Origin: the human T2T-CHM13v2.0 reference genome, Homo sapiens
Assembly: GCF_009914755.1 (NCBI RefSeq)
Contig: NC_060935.1
DNA: 64,000 nucleotides
Reading direction: 5' to 3' (one strand)
Shown: positions 40,361 through 54,050 of the stretch, piece after piece
How positions within the stretch are numbered: the first letter of the stretch is position 1
How the letters are laid out: the number at the start of each line of letters is the position of its first letter
The notes under the pieces: model-generated
What the model saw: only the letters and a program-made list of their open reading frames with translations
What the model was told of the DNA's origin: nothing
Databases searched by the model: none
Program-made: the position numbers and the translations under genes

Positions 40361-41370
40361 TTACAATTTGGCATGATTTTGCAGTGGCTGGTACCGGCTG
40401 TTCCTTTCCATGTTTAGTGCTTCCTTCAGGAGCTCTTTTAGGGCAGGCCTGGTGGTGACAAAATCTCTCAGCACTTGCTTGTCTGTAAAGTATTTTATTT
40501 CTCCTTCACTTATGAAGCTTAGTTTGGCTGGATATGAAATTCTGCGTTGAAAATTCATTTCTTTAAGAATGTTGAATATTGGCCCCCACTCTCTTCTGGC
40601 TTGTAGAGTTTCTGCTGAGAGATCAGCTGTTAGTCTGATGGGCTTCCCTTTGTGGGTAACCTGACCTTTCTCTCTGGCTGCCCTTAACATTTTTTCCTTC
40701 ATTTCAACTTTGGTGAATCTGACAATTATGTGTCTTGGAGTTGCTCTTCTTGAGGAGTATCTTTGTGGCGTTCTCTGTATTTCCTGAAAGTGAATGTTGG
40801 CCTGCCTTGCTAGATTGGGGAAGTTCTCCTGGATAATATCCTGCAGAGTGTTTTCCAACTTGGTTCCATTCTCACCGTCACTTTCAGGTACACCAATCAT
40901 ACGTAGATTTGGTCTTTTCACATAGTCCCATATTTCTTGGAGGCTTTGTTTGTTACTTTTTTTTCTCTAAACTTCCCTTCTTGCTTCATTTTATTCATTT
41001 CATCTTCCATCACTGATACCCTTTCTTCCAGTTGATCACATTGGCTCCTGAGGCTTCTGCATTCTTCATGTAGGTCTCGAGCCTTGGTTTTCAGCTCCAT
41101 CAGCTCCTTTAAGCACTTCACTGTATTGGTTATTCTAGTTATACATTCCTCTAAATTTTTTTCAAAGTTTTTAACTTCTTTGCCTTTGGTTTGAATTTCC
41201 TCCTGTAGCTCGGAGTAGCTTGATCGTCTGAAGCCTTCTTCTCTCAACTCGTCAAAGTCACTCTCCATCCAGCTTTGTTCCGTTGCTGGTGAGGAACTAC
41301 GTTCCTTTGGAGGAGGAGAGGTGCTCTGCTTTTTAGAGTTTCCAGTTTTTCTGCTCTGTTTTTTCCCCAT
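40361..41370 (-). pseudogene. L1 ORF1p, frameshifted near 40950
   Basis: ORFs 40918-41370 (MGKKQSRKTGNSK..) and 40361-40921 (KRPNLRMIGVPESDGENGTKLE..QNHAKL) are in different frames. Confidence 0.93.
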
Positions 41371-41949
41371 CTTTGTGATTTTATCTAATTTCGGTCTTTG
41401 ATGATGGTGATGTACAGATGGGTTTTTGGTGTGTATGTCCTTTCTGTTTGTTAGTTTTCCTTCTAACAGTCAGGACCGTCAGCTGCAGGTCTGTTGGAGT
41501 TTGCTAGAGGTCCACTCCAGACCCTGTTTGCCTGGGTATCAGCAGCTGTGGCTGCAGAACAGCGGATTTTCGTGAACCGTGAATGCTGCTGTCCGATTGT
41601 TCCTCTGGAAGTTTTGTCTCAGAGGAGTACCCGGCCATGTGAGGTGTCTGCCCCTACTGGGGGGTGCCTCCCAGTTAGGCTGCTCAGGGGTCAGGGGTCA
41701 GGGACCCACTTGAGGAGGCTGTCTGCCCATTCTCAGATCTCCAGCTGTGTGCTGGGGGAACCACTGCTCTCTTCAAAGCTGTCAGACAGGGATATTTAAG
41801 TCTGCAGCAGTTACTTCTGTCTTTTTGTTTGTCTGCACCCTGCCCCCAGAGATGGAGCCTACAGAAGCAGGCAGGCCTCCTTGAGCTGTGGTGGGCTCCA
41901 CCCAGTTGGAGCTTCCCGGCTGCTTTGTTTACCTAAGCAAGCCTAGGCA

Positions 41950-42435
41950 ATGGCAGGCACCCCTCCCCCAGCCTCACTGTTGCCTTGCAGTTTGATCTCA
42001 GACTGCTGTGCTAGCAATCAGCGAGACTCCGTGGGTGTAGGACCCTCCAAGCCAGGTGTGGGATATAATCTCCTGGTGCACCGTTTTTTAAGCCCATCAG
42101 AAAAGCACAGTATTAGGGTGGGAGTGACCCGATTTTCCAGGTGCCCTCTGTCACCCCTTTCTTTGACTAGGAAAGGGAACTCCCTGACCCCTTGTGCTTC
42201 CCAAGTGAGGCAATGCCTCGCCCTGCTTCAGCTCGCACACGGTGTGCTGCACCCACTGACCTGCGCCCACTGTCTGGCACTCCTTAGTGAGATGAACCCG
42301 GTACCTCAGATGGAAATGCAGAAATCACCCATCTTCTGCATCACTCACGCTGGGAGCTGTAGACCAGAGCTGTTCCTATTTGGCCATCTTGGCTCCACCC
42401 CCATTTACACAATTTTAATTTCTATACCTCAGTAA
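41950..42435 (+). CDS. L1 antisense ORF0, C-terminally extended (161 aa)
   Basis: MAGTPPPASLLPCSLISDCCASNQRDSVGVGPS.. matches the ORF0 N-terminus; the frame stays open through the L1 5' end into the flank. Translation is not demonstrated. Confidence 0.5.
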   Translation: MAGTPPPASLLPCSLISDCCASNQRDSVGVGPSKPGVGYNLLVHRFLSPSEKHSIRVGVTRFSRCPLSPLSLTRKGNSLTPCASQVRQCLALLQLAHGVLHPLTCAHCLALLSEMNPVPQMEMQKSPIFCITHAGSCRPELFLFGHLGSTPIYTILISIPQ

Positions 42436-42464
42436 AGCTGGTGGTTAAAAAAAAAAAAATCCAC

Positions 42465-43010
42465 AATGTGTTTTCCTACAGTCAATTTAGACAAGCTGGA
42501 ACTACATTTCCCAGAATCCCCTGACCTGAATGGTCCTGGGTTAGGGTTGGTCACAAAGAAATTTGCATGAGATCAGGAAGGCAGAAGTGAAGCAGTAGCC
42601 ACTGGGCTCTGAAGGTCAGTGTAGGGTCAGGCACCACTGCAGCTCACCCATCTGGTAGCTGGTCTGTTGGCACCCATGTTAGTTGTTGCTTGGCCTTGCT
42701 CTTCAGCTTCTTTGAGTCCCAGGGCAGAGCACCTGACAGCCTTTCTGTAAGTTACTCACATCTCCAAGATGGTGGAGGTGGAAAAACAGACAAGATTATA
42801 GTTTGTCCTACCTCTCCTACAATTTACAGCCAGTTCTTTCTAACTGTCCATGCTGCTGACTTTCAGTGACCAGGCCATGACCAGCAACAGAGGCAACAAC
42901 CTTCCACAGGCTGCCTTCTCAGCTCCCGTAAGTAAGTACAGCATAATTCCAGTGAGAAACCCTGGATGGCATATGACTCATAGAGGATCTGATAAGCCGT
43001 GCCTGGAGTA
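42465..43010. mobile_element. Ancient ERVL LTR (LTR41/LTR33-like)
   Basis: 'ggaactacatttcccagaatcccc..gggttagggttggtc..gaaggcagaagtgaagcagtagcc'. Confidence 0.5.
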
Positions 43011-43153
43011 TAGTAAATGCTCACAAAAGGAAACATTGGAATAATTTAAGTGTAGACAGTGAAGAATACTGTCTTTTGGTTCCAGTCCAAGCTCCACCTA
43101 AGACAAATTGCTTACTTCTGAAACTCAGTTTCCTCATCTGACAAGTGGTGATA

Positions 43154-43392
43154 CAGGCTGAGTATCCCTTATCCAAAATGCTTGGGACCAGAAGTGTTTG
43201 GGATTTCCGATTTTTTTTTCTAATTTTGGAATATTTGCATTAAACTTAGCAGTTAAGCATCCCTAATTAGAAAATTCGAAATCAGAAATGCTCCAATGAG
43301 CATTTGCCTTGAGCATTATGTTGGCACTCATAAAATTTCCGATTTTGGAGCACTTTGGATTTCAGATTTTCTGATTAAGGATACTCAGCCTG
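43154..43392. mobile_element. Tigger4a (MER46/Zombi) inserted in a MIR
   Basis: TIRs 'caggctgagtatcccttatc' / 'gattaaggatactcagcctg', TA on both sides. Confidence 0.88.
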
Positions 43393-44044
43393 TAATAATA
43401 TGATCTACTTCTTAGGATTGTGGAAATGGTTAAATGAGATCAAGCATGCAAACACAGTACTTGACATTACAAGCATTAGAGAGAAAACCTTTATTTCCCA
43501 TTCTAATTCTTGAGTTTAGCATTTGGAAATCCATCATCAACAGATACAAGCTTTATCCTTCAAACTACCTTTGTCAGTAATGAAATATTTTCATCCTGTA
43601 TCTGTTTTATGCTATTTTTCAATTGGCTTAGAACTTAGCCATGAAAGAAGGATGCTGCTTAATAGACCCCTTCAAAGACCACTACTGCTTAACTGTTAGT
43701 ACTCAATAAATGAGAATAATAACCCTTGCTTTTGTGTTTCATAGAAGTCCTTTCATCAGCATTATCTCATGTCCCCTTGCAATAAGGCTGTGACCCAGAC
43801 AGCATTAAATAGTGGGGTGCTACAGACACCGCACCACAACTCAAAGGACCTGGTTTTCCAACCTGGCTCTGTCAATAAGCATGGGTCTCTAAGCCACTGT
43901 TTCCTCATTTACAAAGGGAAAGAACTGAATCCGTCATAAAAGCCTTAAAGCCCCAGCAGACCACAAGCCTCTTATTATTTTCATTTTGCATTGTGGGAAC
44001 TATGGGGGGTGGGGAGATGTTCCAAGAGACTGAATGGCTTAATT

Positions 44045-44505
<461 letters not shown>

Positions 44506-46797
44506 CTTAATCAACATTGCAACAAAAAGAAAGCAACTGAACCAGGACTTAAACCCAGACCTATGACTCCTTTCTCATTGCCTCATGGTTCTGGAAAGAA
44601 AGACCTGGTAAAAACAAATGCATTTGAAGACAAAGCAAGTCCAAAAGCGCAGAACTAAATTCTAAGTAATATGCTAAAAATCTCAGAGTTCTTCAACTGA
44701 GAACCTTTGATCCTTGACCCTAGACAGGGCCGAAGCTGACTTTTATGCCCTCTCTGACACAGTCATTGGAACTTTTAACTGGAATCTTCCATTTGGCTAG
44801 AACAATTGTCAGATGGCAACAAAGGAGTTTGCAAGTTATAGTGCAACAGAGAAAAGGAAGAGCACTGACTTAAAATTCGGCATCTGGCTTTTCAGTTTTA
44901 TTTCTTTGAACACGTACACATATGTGTTCAAAAATGCATACGCAAGACAAATTTATGTATGCTCTAGGTATCTTTTACTTCCATCTTTTTCTTTTTATCC
45001 TTCTTTTCCCTTGATTCCTACCTCTTTTCTTCTTTCCTAGTCCCACTCAGACAATGCATGTTAATCACTGGTATTTGTCCTATATTTTTCTCCATGCTCA
45101 AATACTCAAATACAGTTACACACATTCTCTTTCACACAAGTACCTTGTTTTACTCATACTTCATGGAAATTTGTCCACATCAAGAGACATAGTGCAGCTC
45201 TCATAAATGCTTCTAAAAAGCTGCATAATACTTCATGACGTGAACCTACAATAATTTATATGTCCAATCCCCAAATAGTAAGTATTCACTTAGTTTTTAA
45301 TTTTTTACCACCTAAAATGTTGTAATAAGTAACCTGGTATATATATGCTTCTATGGTAGTGATTTTAGTGTATTGGACAGATTTCTGAGGGTAGAATATT
45401 AGGTTCAAAGCCTCTATTTTTAAATTAATAGATGTTACATGACTCTTCAAAAGGGCCATGACAATTTATATTTTCAGCACAATGTATAGGAGTACCCATT
45501 TCTTGCACCCCTAGATCAGTCTTTTTAATTTTTTTCTTGTCTGAATATTGGGAAGTGATATCTCATTGCTATTTTAATTTGCATTTTCCTAACTACTGTT
45601 GAATTTGACTTTCTTTTAATGTGTCTGTTGGACATTTGGACTTGTAGTCCGTGTCCGTGCATGCATTCATGCTCTTTTTCCTTTTGGGTCTTTTGTCCCA
45701 TTAGTGTCCGTTTTTAAGAAGACTATATAGATTAGAATATTAATTATCTGTCATTCATCAGCATAATAATTATTTTTTGAAAGCTGTCATTTGTCTATTG
45801 ACTTTGTGCTATTTACTATAGCTATTTGCATGTAGTCAAAAAGCTTAACATCTCACTGATTTGATACATATAACCACCTAAATTTTTTACGAAATTTCTA
45901 TTATTTTGTTTTTTGGGATTTAAAGGCACTTTACAGTTTTTTTAACTTTTGTGAATGGATCTTTATCTTTCTTTACCTTTTGAAGTGCTTATTGATAAAA
46001 CCACAAATAGCTACTTATATTTGTATATCCATCCAACTACTTACTAAATTCCCTTACCAATTCTAATGGTTTTGCAATAAGCCTATTAAATTATCTGGGT
46101 ACATATTATATAGTCAGAAAATGAGAAAATATTATCTTTTTATTTTCTAATATTTTATGTTACTTAATATTCTTTTCTTCTTGCATTTACTAATTGCATT
46201 GAAATTGTTCAACATTCCAAGAAAATACTGAACAATAACAATGATGGACAGCACTATCTATTCCTGATTTTAATGGAAAATGTATAATGGCTGCTTATCA
46301 AATTATTTTTAAGTCTATTGATAGAAGGATATAGTTCTATAATTTTCTTGCTAAATTTCTTCTATTGAATAACATTTGCATTTCTAGAAGAGAACTCTTC
46401 TTGATAATAGAAAGCATTGTTATAGATGTGTCACCATTCCATTTTCTAATATTTTTTAGAATTTTTAAATTTATATTTGTAAGATTGTATACAGTTCTCT
46501 TTCTTGTACTATGTTTTTTATCAGGTTTTGGCGTTAAACTTCTACTGTATTCATAAAATGAATTGAAAACTTTGTTTTTTTCAATGGCCTGGAATTTTTT
46601 AAATAATATAAAAAGTACCTGTCCTTAAAAATTTTGAATGAAACTCATCAGTGAAATCTACTATTCTGGTGGCCTTTTCAACAGTTGATTTTTAAAATTA
46701 TCCTTCCATCTTTGTCTCTGACAATTGGTCTATCAACTTTTTCACCTCTTCGAGAATAAGTTGTATTTAGTTAGAAAATTATCTACCTCCTCTAGGT

Positions 46798-47126
46798 CAG
46801 AGACTAGATAATGTCCTGTTTTCTATAACAGGACAGGTATTTTAAGCTTTGAGGAGCACATAGTCTATGACAACTGTTCAATTCTACCATTGTGATACAA
46901 AGACAGCCATAGACAATGTATAAATGAATGGGTGTGGTTGTGTGTCAATAAAACTTTATTTATAGATGCTGATCTCTGAATTTTATATGATTTTCACATA
47001 TCACAAAATAATATATTTTAATTACTTTTCAACTCTTTAAAATTGTGAAAACCATTCTCAACTTGTGAATCGTACTGAAACATGCAATGGGCCAGATTTG
47101 CCCATGGGTCTTTCTTGCAAACCCTC
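46798..47126. mobile_element. MER58B (hAT-Charlie)
   Basis: 'cagccatagacaatgtataaatgaatgggtgtggttgtgt..caataaaactttattta', 'gggccagatttgccc'. Confidence 0.8.
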
Positions 47127-47543
47127 GCTCTAAATTTTCAAAATGTTCCTACATAGTAGATGTATAGTGTATGCTCATAATTCTTAATCTTACAATTTAA
47201 AATACAATGCTATTATTTTAATTTCTTCAATATTTGTAACCATGTTACTTTTACTAATTTCTAATCTTTTATTTTTGTTTCTTGTTCCATTTTCCCTAAT
47301 CAGGCTTATTAGGGATTTATCTGGTTCTTTTCATAGAACCAATCTTTAAATTTAGTCTTTAGCCTTTTTGATTTATATTTAATTTGTCTCAACTTTTATA
47401 TTTAATTATTTCCTTCTCCCAAGTCATTTGGTTCATGTTATTGGCCTCTTTATCAATGTAAAGATGAGCACCATATTCTTTCTTAACTAATAAAAGTAGT
47501 TAAAGCTAAGATTGTTCCTCTAAATACAATTTTCACTTATCTT

Positions 47544-48008
47544 TATTATGGGTCAAATTGTGTCCCCCAACATGTTTAAGTCCTAATCTCTGGTACCTGT
47601 AAATGTAACCTTATTTGGAAATAGTGTCTTTGCAGATGTAATCAAGTTAAGATAAGATCATACTGAGTTAGGGTGGGCCCCTAATCCACCTTAACTGGTG
47701 GTGATGACTGGTGTCCTTGTAAGAGAAAAGGTGAAGAGACACAAACACAGATAAAGAGGGAGGATGGCCACATGAAAAAGGGGGTGGAAATTGAAGTTAT
47801 GCTGTCACAAGCCAAGGAATGCCTGTGTCTACCATAAGCTAGAAGAGATAAAGAGGGATCCTTCCCTAGAGTATTAGGAGGGAGCCTGGCCCTCTCGAGA
47901 CCCCGATATTAGACTTTTAGACTCTAGAACTGTGAGAGAAGAAATCTCTATTGTTTTAAGCCATCCAGTTTATGGTACTTTGTTACATTAGCCCTGGGAA
48001 ATGAATAT
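47544..48008 (+). mobile_element. MLT1C-like solo LTR
   Basis: 'aattgtgtccccc..ccttatttggaaatagtgtctttgcagatgtaatcaagttaagat..caagccaaggaatgcc'. Confidence 0.85.
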
Positions 48009-48161
48009 AGAGACCCCTTACAATCGCATATTAAGTCATCTCTGTCTTTTATATTGCCTTCTAAATGAGCCACAATTTCTCCTTTATTTGACCCAATAGT
48101 TATCTAAGACTATGCTGCTTAATATTGTAAGATTTGGGGGTATCAACTTTTTATTCTTTTT

Positions 48162-48882
48162 TTCATACTTTTATTTTAGGTTCAGGGGTACATGTGCAGG
48201 TTTGTTATACAGGTAACTTGCATGTCATGGGAGTTTGCAGATTATTTTGTCACCTAGGTAATAAGCATAGTACCCAATAGATAGTTTTTTTGATTCTCAC
48301 CCTCCTCCCATCCTCCACGCTCAAGTAGGTCCTGGTGTCTGTTTTTCCCTTCTTTGTGTCCAAATGTACCCAATGTTTAGCTCCCACTTATAAATGAGAA
48401 CGTGCAGTGTTCGGTTTTCTGTTCCTGCGTTAGCTTGCTTAGGATAATTGTCTCCAGCTGCATCCATGTTGCAGCAAAGGAAATGATCTCATTCTTTTTT
48501 ATGGCTGCATAGTACTCCATGGTGTATATATACCACATTTTCTTTATCCAGTCTACCATTGATGGGCATTTAGGTTGATTCCATGTCTTCGCTATTGTGC
48601 ATAGTGCTTCAGTGAACACACACATGAATGTGTCTTTATGGTAGAATAATTTCTATTCCTTTGGGTCTATACCCAGTAATGGGATTGCTGGGTTGAATGG
48701 TAGCTCTGCTTTTTCTTTGAGAAATCTCCAAACTACTTTCCACAGTGGCTGAACTAATTTACATTCCTGCCAGCCATCCTCTTTTCTCTGCAGCCTTCCC
48801 AGCATCTGTTCTTTTTTTACTTTTTGAATAATAGCCATTGTGACTGGTGTAAGATGCCATCTCATTGTGGTTTTCATCTGCA
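48162..48882 (-). mobile_element. 5'-truncated L1PA (L1PA13-like) 3' end
   Basis: ORFs 48377-48625 and 48653-48883 match the ORF2 C-terminus; TSD TTTATTCTTTTT (48150-48161, 48883-48894). Confidence 0.9.
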
Positions 48883-49068
48883 TTTATTCTTTTTCAGTAT
48901 ATTAAACCACTATTTAAAAAGGTGGACTATAAAATCTCAGCATGTTTGATTTGTAAATTTTTTTGCCTTCAAATTTATGATGATTTTTGTAAATATAACA
49001 CAAAAATATACACATATAATTACTTGTATACATAAATCTACCGTGTTAATAAATGTTTATGTTCTTAA

Positions 49069-49373
<305 letters not shown>

Positions 49374-52300
49374 TTAAGTAACTTTTATCTAACATACCTA
49401 TATAATTCTGAAAGAGAAGTACTGAAGTCTTCCACTGTCATTGTATGTTTAGCAAATTTTCCTGACATTTCTTAGCATTTCTTCTTTATATATGCAGTGC
49501 CTTTGGTTTGATATATATAAAAATTTATAACGTATATTTTCTTTACAAATCACATATTTTTTTCATGACATAGAGCATCTATTCTTCTCATATTGGGTTT
49601 CATGGCTGTATCCTCTAAACCTTTTATATTTTTCCTCTGTTTTTCATTTCTTTACATTTTTACTCAGTCTTTGAGAAATACCTTTGAATTGCTCTTTCAG
49701 GCCAGTAATTTGTCTTCACAGTGGTCATCTTTGCCCTTATTTATCTACGAATGTGGGAAGTGGTTTTTTAGCTCCAGAAAGTTCTCTCAAGCTGTACTTG
49801 GGTCTCTTTAAGTGCACTTCTTATTTTTCTGTCCACGTTGTCATCTGTCACCTTCAAAAGCTCCGTCTGTAGCTGTGTTCTGTGTGCTCTGCTGGACCTT
49901 GCTGTCTCTGCTTCAGTCTTAACTCTTACTTTTCTTGATCACTGAGATCAGGTGTTGTTGTTGGAATATCCTACCAGGTAGCAGTCTACAAGTGAAGAAA
50001 GACAAATTAGTCCTCTTCAGGAAGCATCTTTGTTCCTCAAGGGATGGCTAAAGTCATATTTTTGGCTACTCCTTGGCGTCTCAGGTATCATGGAGACCTT
50101 TTACTCACACACAGAAGACCATCAAACTTCTTTTCAGAGTCCATAAACCTCTTTGGGCCAAACTCTTCCCAGCATCCCCATTTTACAATCCCTTTCTCAA
50201 GGCTCTCTGGTATCCAGACATTCATCCACCCACAGCTCAGAAAGCACTGCACCAGTTCTGTCCCGTAAGACTTCCACAGAGCCCACAACTTCATTTCCAC
50301 TTAGCAACATTTAGGTCCCAACTAATCATCTCAAAAAGAAGATATATTGGAGTTGATTGATACTGAATGGAAAACAGAGTTAGGTTCATGTCACCATCTT
50401 TCCAGAACCCCCCTGTAACATCAGCATCGTCATCTACCCTCACATCCAAGTCACCCTGTTTCCTCCACCACAAGTCAGCACATCCCACTGAAAAGATCAT
50501 CAGCTCAGAGTCAGGGATCCATATTCAAATCTTCCTCTTATGAGTATAAACTTATGCATGCTATGTAATCAGCATTTCTGACCCTCAATTCCTCATTGAT
50601 GAAATGATACTAATTGTGGAGAGTAAATAAAATATGTAAAACCTTTTCCCAGTGTGTAGCACATGACAGATTTTAGAGAAATATTAGTGTCTTTCCATTT
50701 AATTTGATTTTCAAGCAGTAATGGTTGGCCAGTGTGTCCCCCTCTTGGTTTGACATTTCAGCAACAACTGTTCTCGGTAACAATTCTCTATACTTGTTCT
50801 TATGCAATCCATCATCTTGAAGTATCTAGGTTAATGGTCAATGTTTCGGGCATCTTGGTGTCCCAACACCTTCCTGAGGGGAGCGACCATGCTTCACAGA
50901 TTATGAAAACCACATGTTGCAAAGAGGGAATCACCATCGACCCTGGGCATACAGTCAGAGGCCAAACTGGATGGGAATGTTCAGAAATCAGTTATGACAA
51001 TAAAGCTAAAGGCATTACGAACATAATTATCCTTTTAAAGTTATCATGTAATTGAATCTCTAATTTTGCTTAAATGTAGATTAATTCGTTCCACCGAGAT
51101 CTCCAAGAAAAAACTATATCCCCAGAGCTCTGCAGGAAAAGCCAAAGGAATTCTTAATTGCAACAAATTATATAAAGAGATTTTACCTTATGAAAGGGGA
51201 AAATGTATGGCAAGCCTTTGTAAAATAATTAAAGTGAAAGATATCAAAAACCTCTCAATACAGGCCCTAAAATATATGCAATGAAGAATAATGTCAGTGT
51301 CCATATTTTTGGCATACCCATCTCCGTATATACGTATAGAAACAGTTCTCTTTTACCCACCCCCATCTTGTACCTTTCCCAATGGGCAACAGAAATATTT
51401 TAGTTTGTATTTGGAAAGTTCTGAGCAGACTGATCTGTAAGTTGCCCCAGCAACCTGATAATTCATTACCACTTCCATTTTACAGAGATTGAATTGCTTA
51501 ATATCTTTCAGTTAGTAAATAATGAATCCAAGACTGAAAGGATGCTTTCTGATTCCCAGTCCCCTCTTCTGTAGAAATGGAGGACATGGGCAAACAAAGC
51601 CCTTTAAAGAAATTTTAGAGTTGTTTAAAAAAAAAAAAAAAGAAAAAGAAAAAGTGGGCAGGGAGGAAAATCTGAAAAATATGTTTCTCAAAGATCCAGA
51701 AACAGACAAACTTAATTTAAATAACATCTTTGTGAACCAAGAACACTTCAAACAAAAATGTATTAACTGAGCTCTTAGTATGTGAAAGATACTATGCTGG
51801 TGACAATTAAAAATGGGAAAAATGGGAATAAGTAGCCCTTTCCCTTAAAATGTTTGCAATCTTGAATAGGGAAGACAAGTTTTTTTAATTGACTTGCCCT
51901 GCTACCATTGACCTTGAGAAGAACTGTGAGTGGGGCTAAGTAGGAGAGGATTCCAAAGAAGCAGGCAATAAGGACCCAGGTGGACAAGGAGAGAAATAAA
52001 CTAATTTAGAAAATCTATTATTTATGCACTAAAACCCACTTCCCTCTTGACCTGCACCTTAAACACAGACACATTTATTAAATATTTTGCTGCTAAAACT
52101 GAATGTAAGGAGCAATTATGTAGGGAAGTCATTTCCTGGTGTCACTAATGTCATCTTGAGAGAGCAGCTGGAGGATGTTCTAGACAATGCAGCCCAGCAC
52201 CCAGCTCTCCCTTGCCCAGGTGTAGCTTTTGATGGTTGGAACATAACTTTAACCCCATCAAGACTTTTCCTTATGTTATCGTTAAACTGGGTCACTTGTG

Positions 52301-52644
52301 ATCCTTCAAATGCTCCATGCAAATCACCAAATGAACTTCTGCACCCAACAATGAAAACACTACAGAGAGAAATTATGTAGAAGGAGAAATTTTTAGATTT
52401 CCTTCATTTTCTTAGAGCATAATTCAGATTGTTGGGGGGATGACAAATAGGGGTATTTTTAAAAGCAGGAAATAAACATGAAAGAGCTGGGAGGCATCAT
52501 TTTGAAAAAGATAACTAACATACATTTACAGAGAGGAACGAAAATAAAAGAAAGCGGTGTTGGTCCTAACAATAAATCCGGGGTCCTTGTGAATACACAA
52601 CGAGTGTTAATGTAAAAAGTGCTGAGAACAGGTGATACAGCCAA

Positions 52645-53260
52645 ACCATGGAATACTACTCAGCAATAAAAAGGACAGAATTGTGGTGATGGATATGTTA
52701 AGAGGATGGACATGTTAATTAGCTTGATTGTGGTAATAATTTCACAAAGTAGCCGACCGTCATACTATACACGTTAAACAATTTAAATTTTTCAATTATA
52801 CCTCAACAAAGCTGGAGAGAAGAAAGAGTAGGAACTATTGATGCATACAACAAAGGGTGTTATATAGATCTTCAGAGAATTATGCTGGTTGAAAAAACCC
52901 AACCTCCAAAAGTTGCATATTGTATGATTCCATTCACATAAACTGCTTGAAATTACAAATTTATAGAAATGGAGAACAGATAAGCAATAGTTTCCAGGGG
53001 CAAAGGAGGGTATAGAGGCAGGAGAAAAGTGGGTGCAGCTACAAAAGGCCAACATAAGGGATCCGTAGGGTGATAGAAATATCCTGTATATTGACTGTAT
53101 CACTGTTGACATCTTGGTTGTGATATTGTACTGTAGTTTTGCAAGATGTTATCATTGGGGGAAACTGGGTAAAGGGTACACAGGGTCTCTCTTTATTATT
53201 TCTTACAACTGCATGTGAATCTACAATGATCTCAAAATAAAGAGTTTAACTTAAAAAATC
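52645..53260 (+). mobile_element. L1MC-type 3' region
   Basis: 'ggaatactactcagcaataaaaagg', 'tgtatgattccatt', 'aactgggtaaagggtacacagg..cttacaactgcatgtgaatctacaat'. Confidence 0.7.
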
Positions 53261-53489
53261 AAAGGTAAAGTCTCAGAAAAATAGCTAGCTAAAAGAACCA
53301 AAAGTGGCTGACTCTTAGATGTCAAAGGTAAAGAAGGATTGAGAAAAGGATTGTCCATTTTCACTAAAAAGCCTTGTAGAATCACATAATGTTGATTCAT
53401 GTGATAAAAATTAATTTTTAAAGATGCTGAGAGATTCTATTTTGATGAAATAGACTAACGTGGAGTAGACTTGTGAGACCTTCCCTTTT

Positions 53490-54050
53490 CTTTTTAAAAC
53501 ACTTTATTGAGGTATAATTAAAATACTAGAAGCTGTACATATTTAATGTATACAGCTTGATAAATTTGGAGACAAAGTATACACTCATTGAAACCATCAC
53601 CACAACCTATGCCATAAACATATCCATCACCACCAAAGTTTCCTCTCACCTTATTGTTATTATTATTTGTGATAAGAACATTTAAGATTTACCCCCTTAG
53701 CATTTTAAAGTATTTTAATTATATAATACAGTTATTGTTAACTATTGTTAACTATATAACTGTTTACATACAGTTATAATATAGTTAACTATAGGCTCCA
53801 TACTGTACAGTAGATCTCTAGAAGTATTCATCCTGCAAAAATGTAACTTCGTATGTTTTGAATAATACCTCCCAGTTCCCCCTTCCCCAAGCCAGCCCCT
53901 AGTCATCGCCAGTCTACTCTCTGCTTCTATGACTTTGACTATTTCTGATTCCCTGTATAAGTGATATCATGTAGTATTTATCCTTCTGTGTCTGATTTAT
54001 TACACTTAGCATAATGCACTCCAGGTTCATCCATGTTGTCTGAAATGGCA
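53490..54050 (-). mobile_element. L1MA/MB 3' fragment
   Basis: 'ctttattgaggtataatt..ctgtacatatttaatgtatacagcttgat', 'ctgtacagtagatctctagaa'. Confidence 0.75.
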
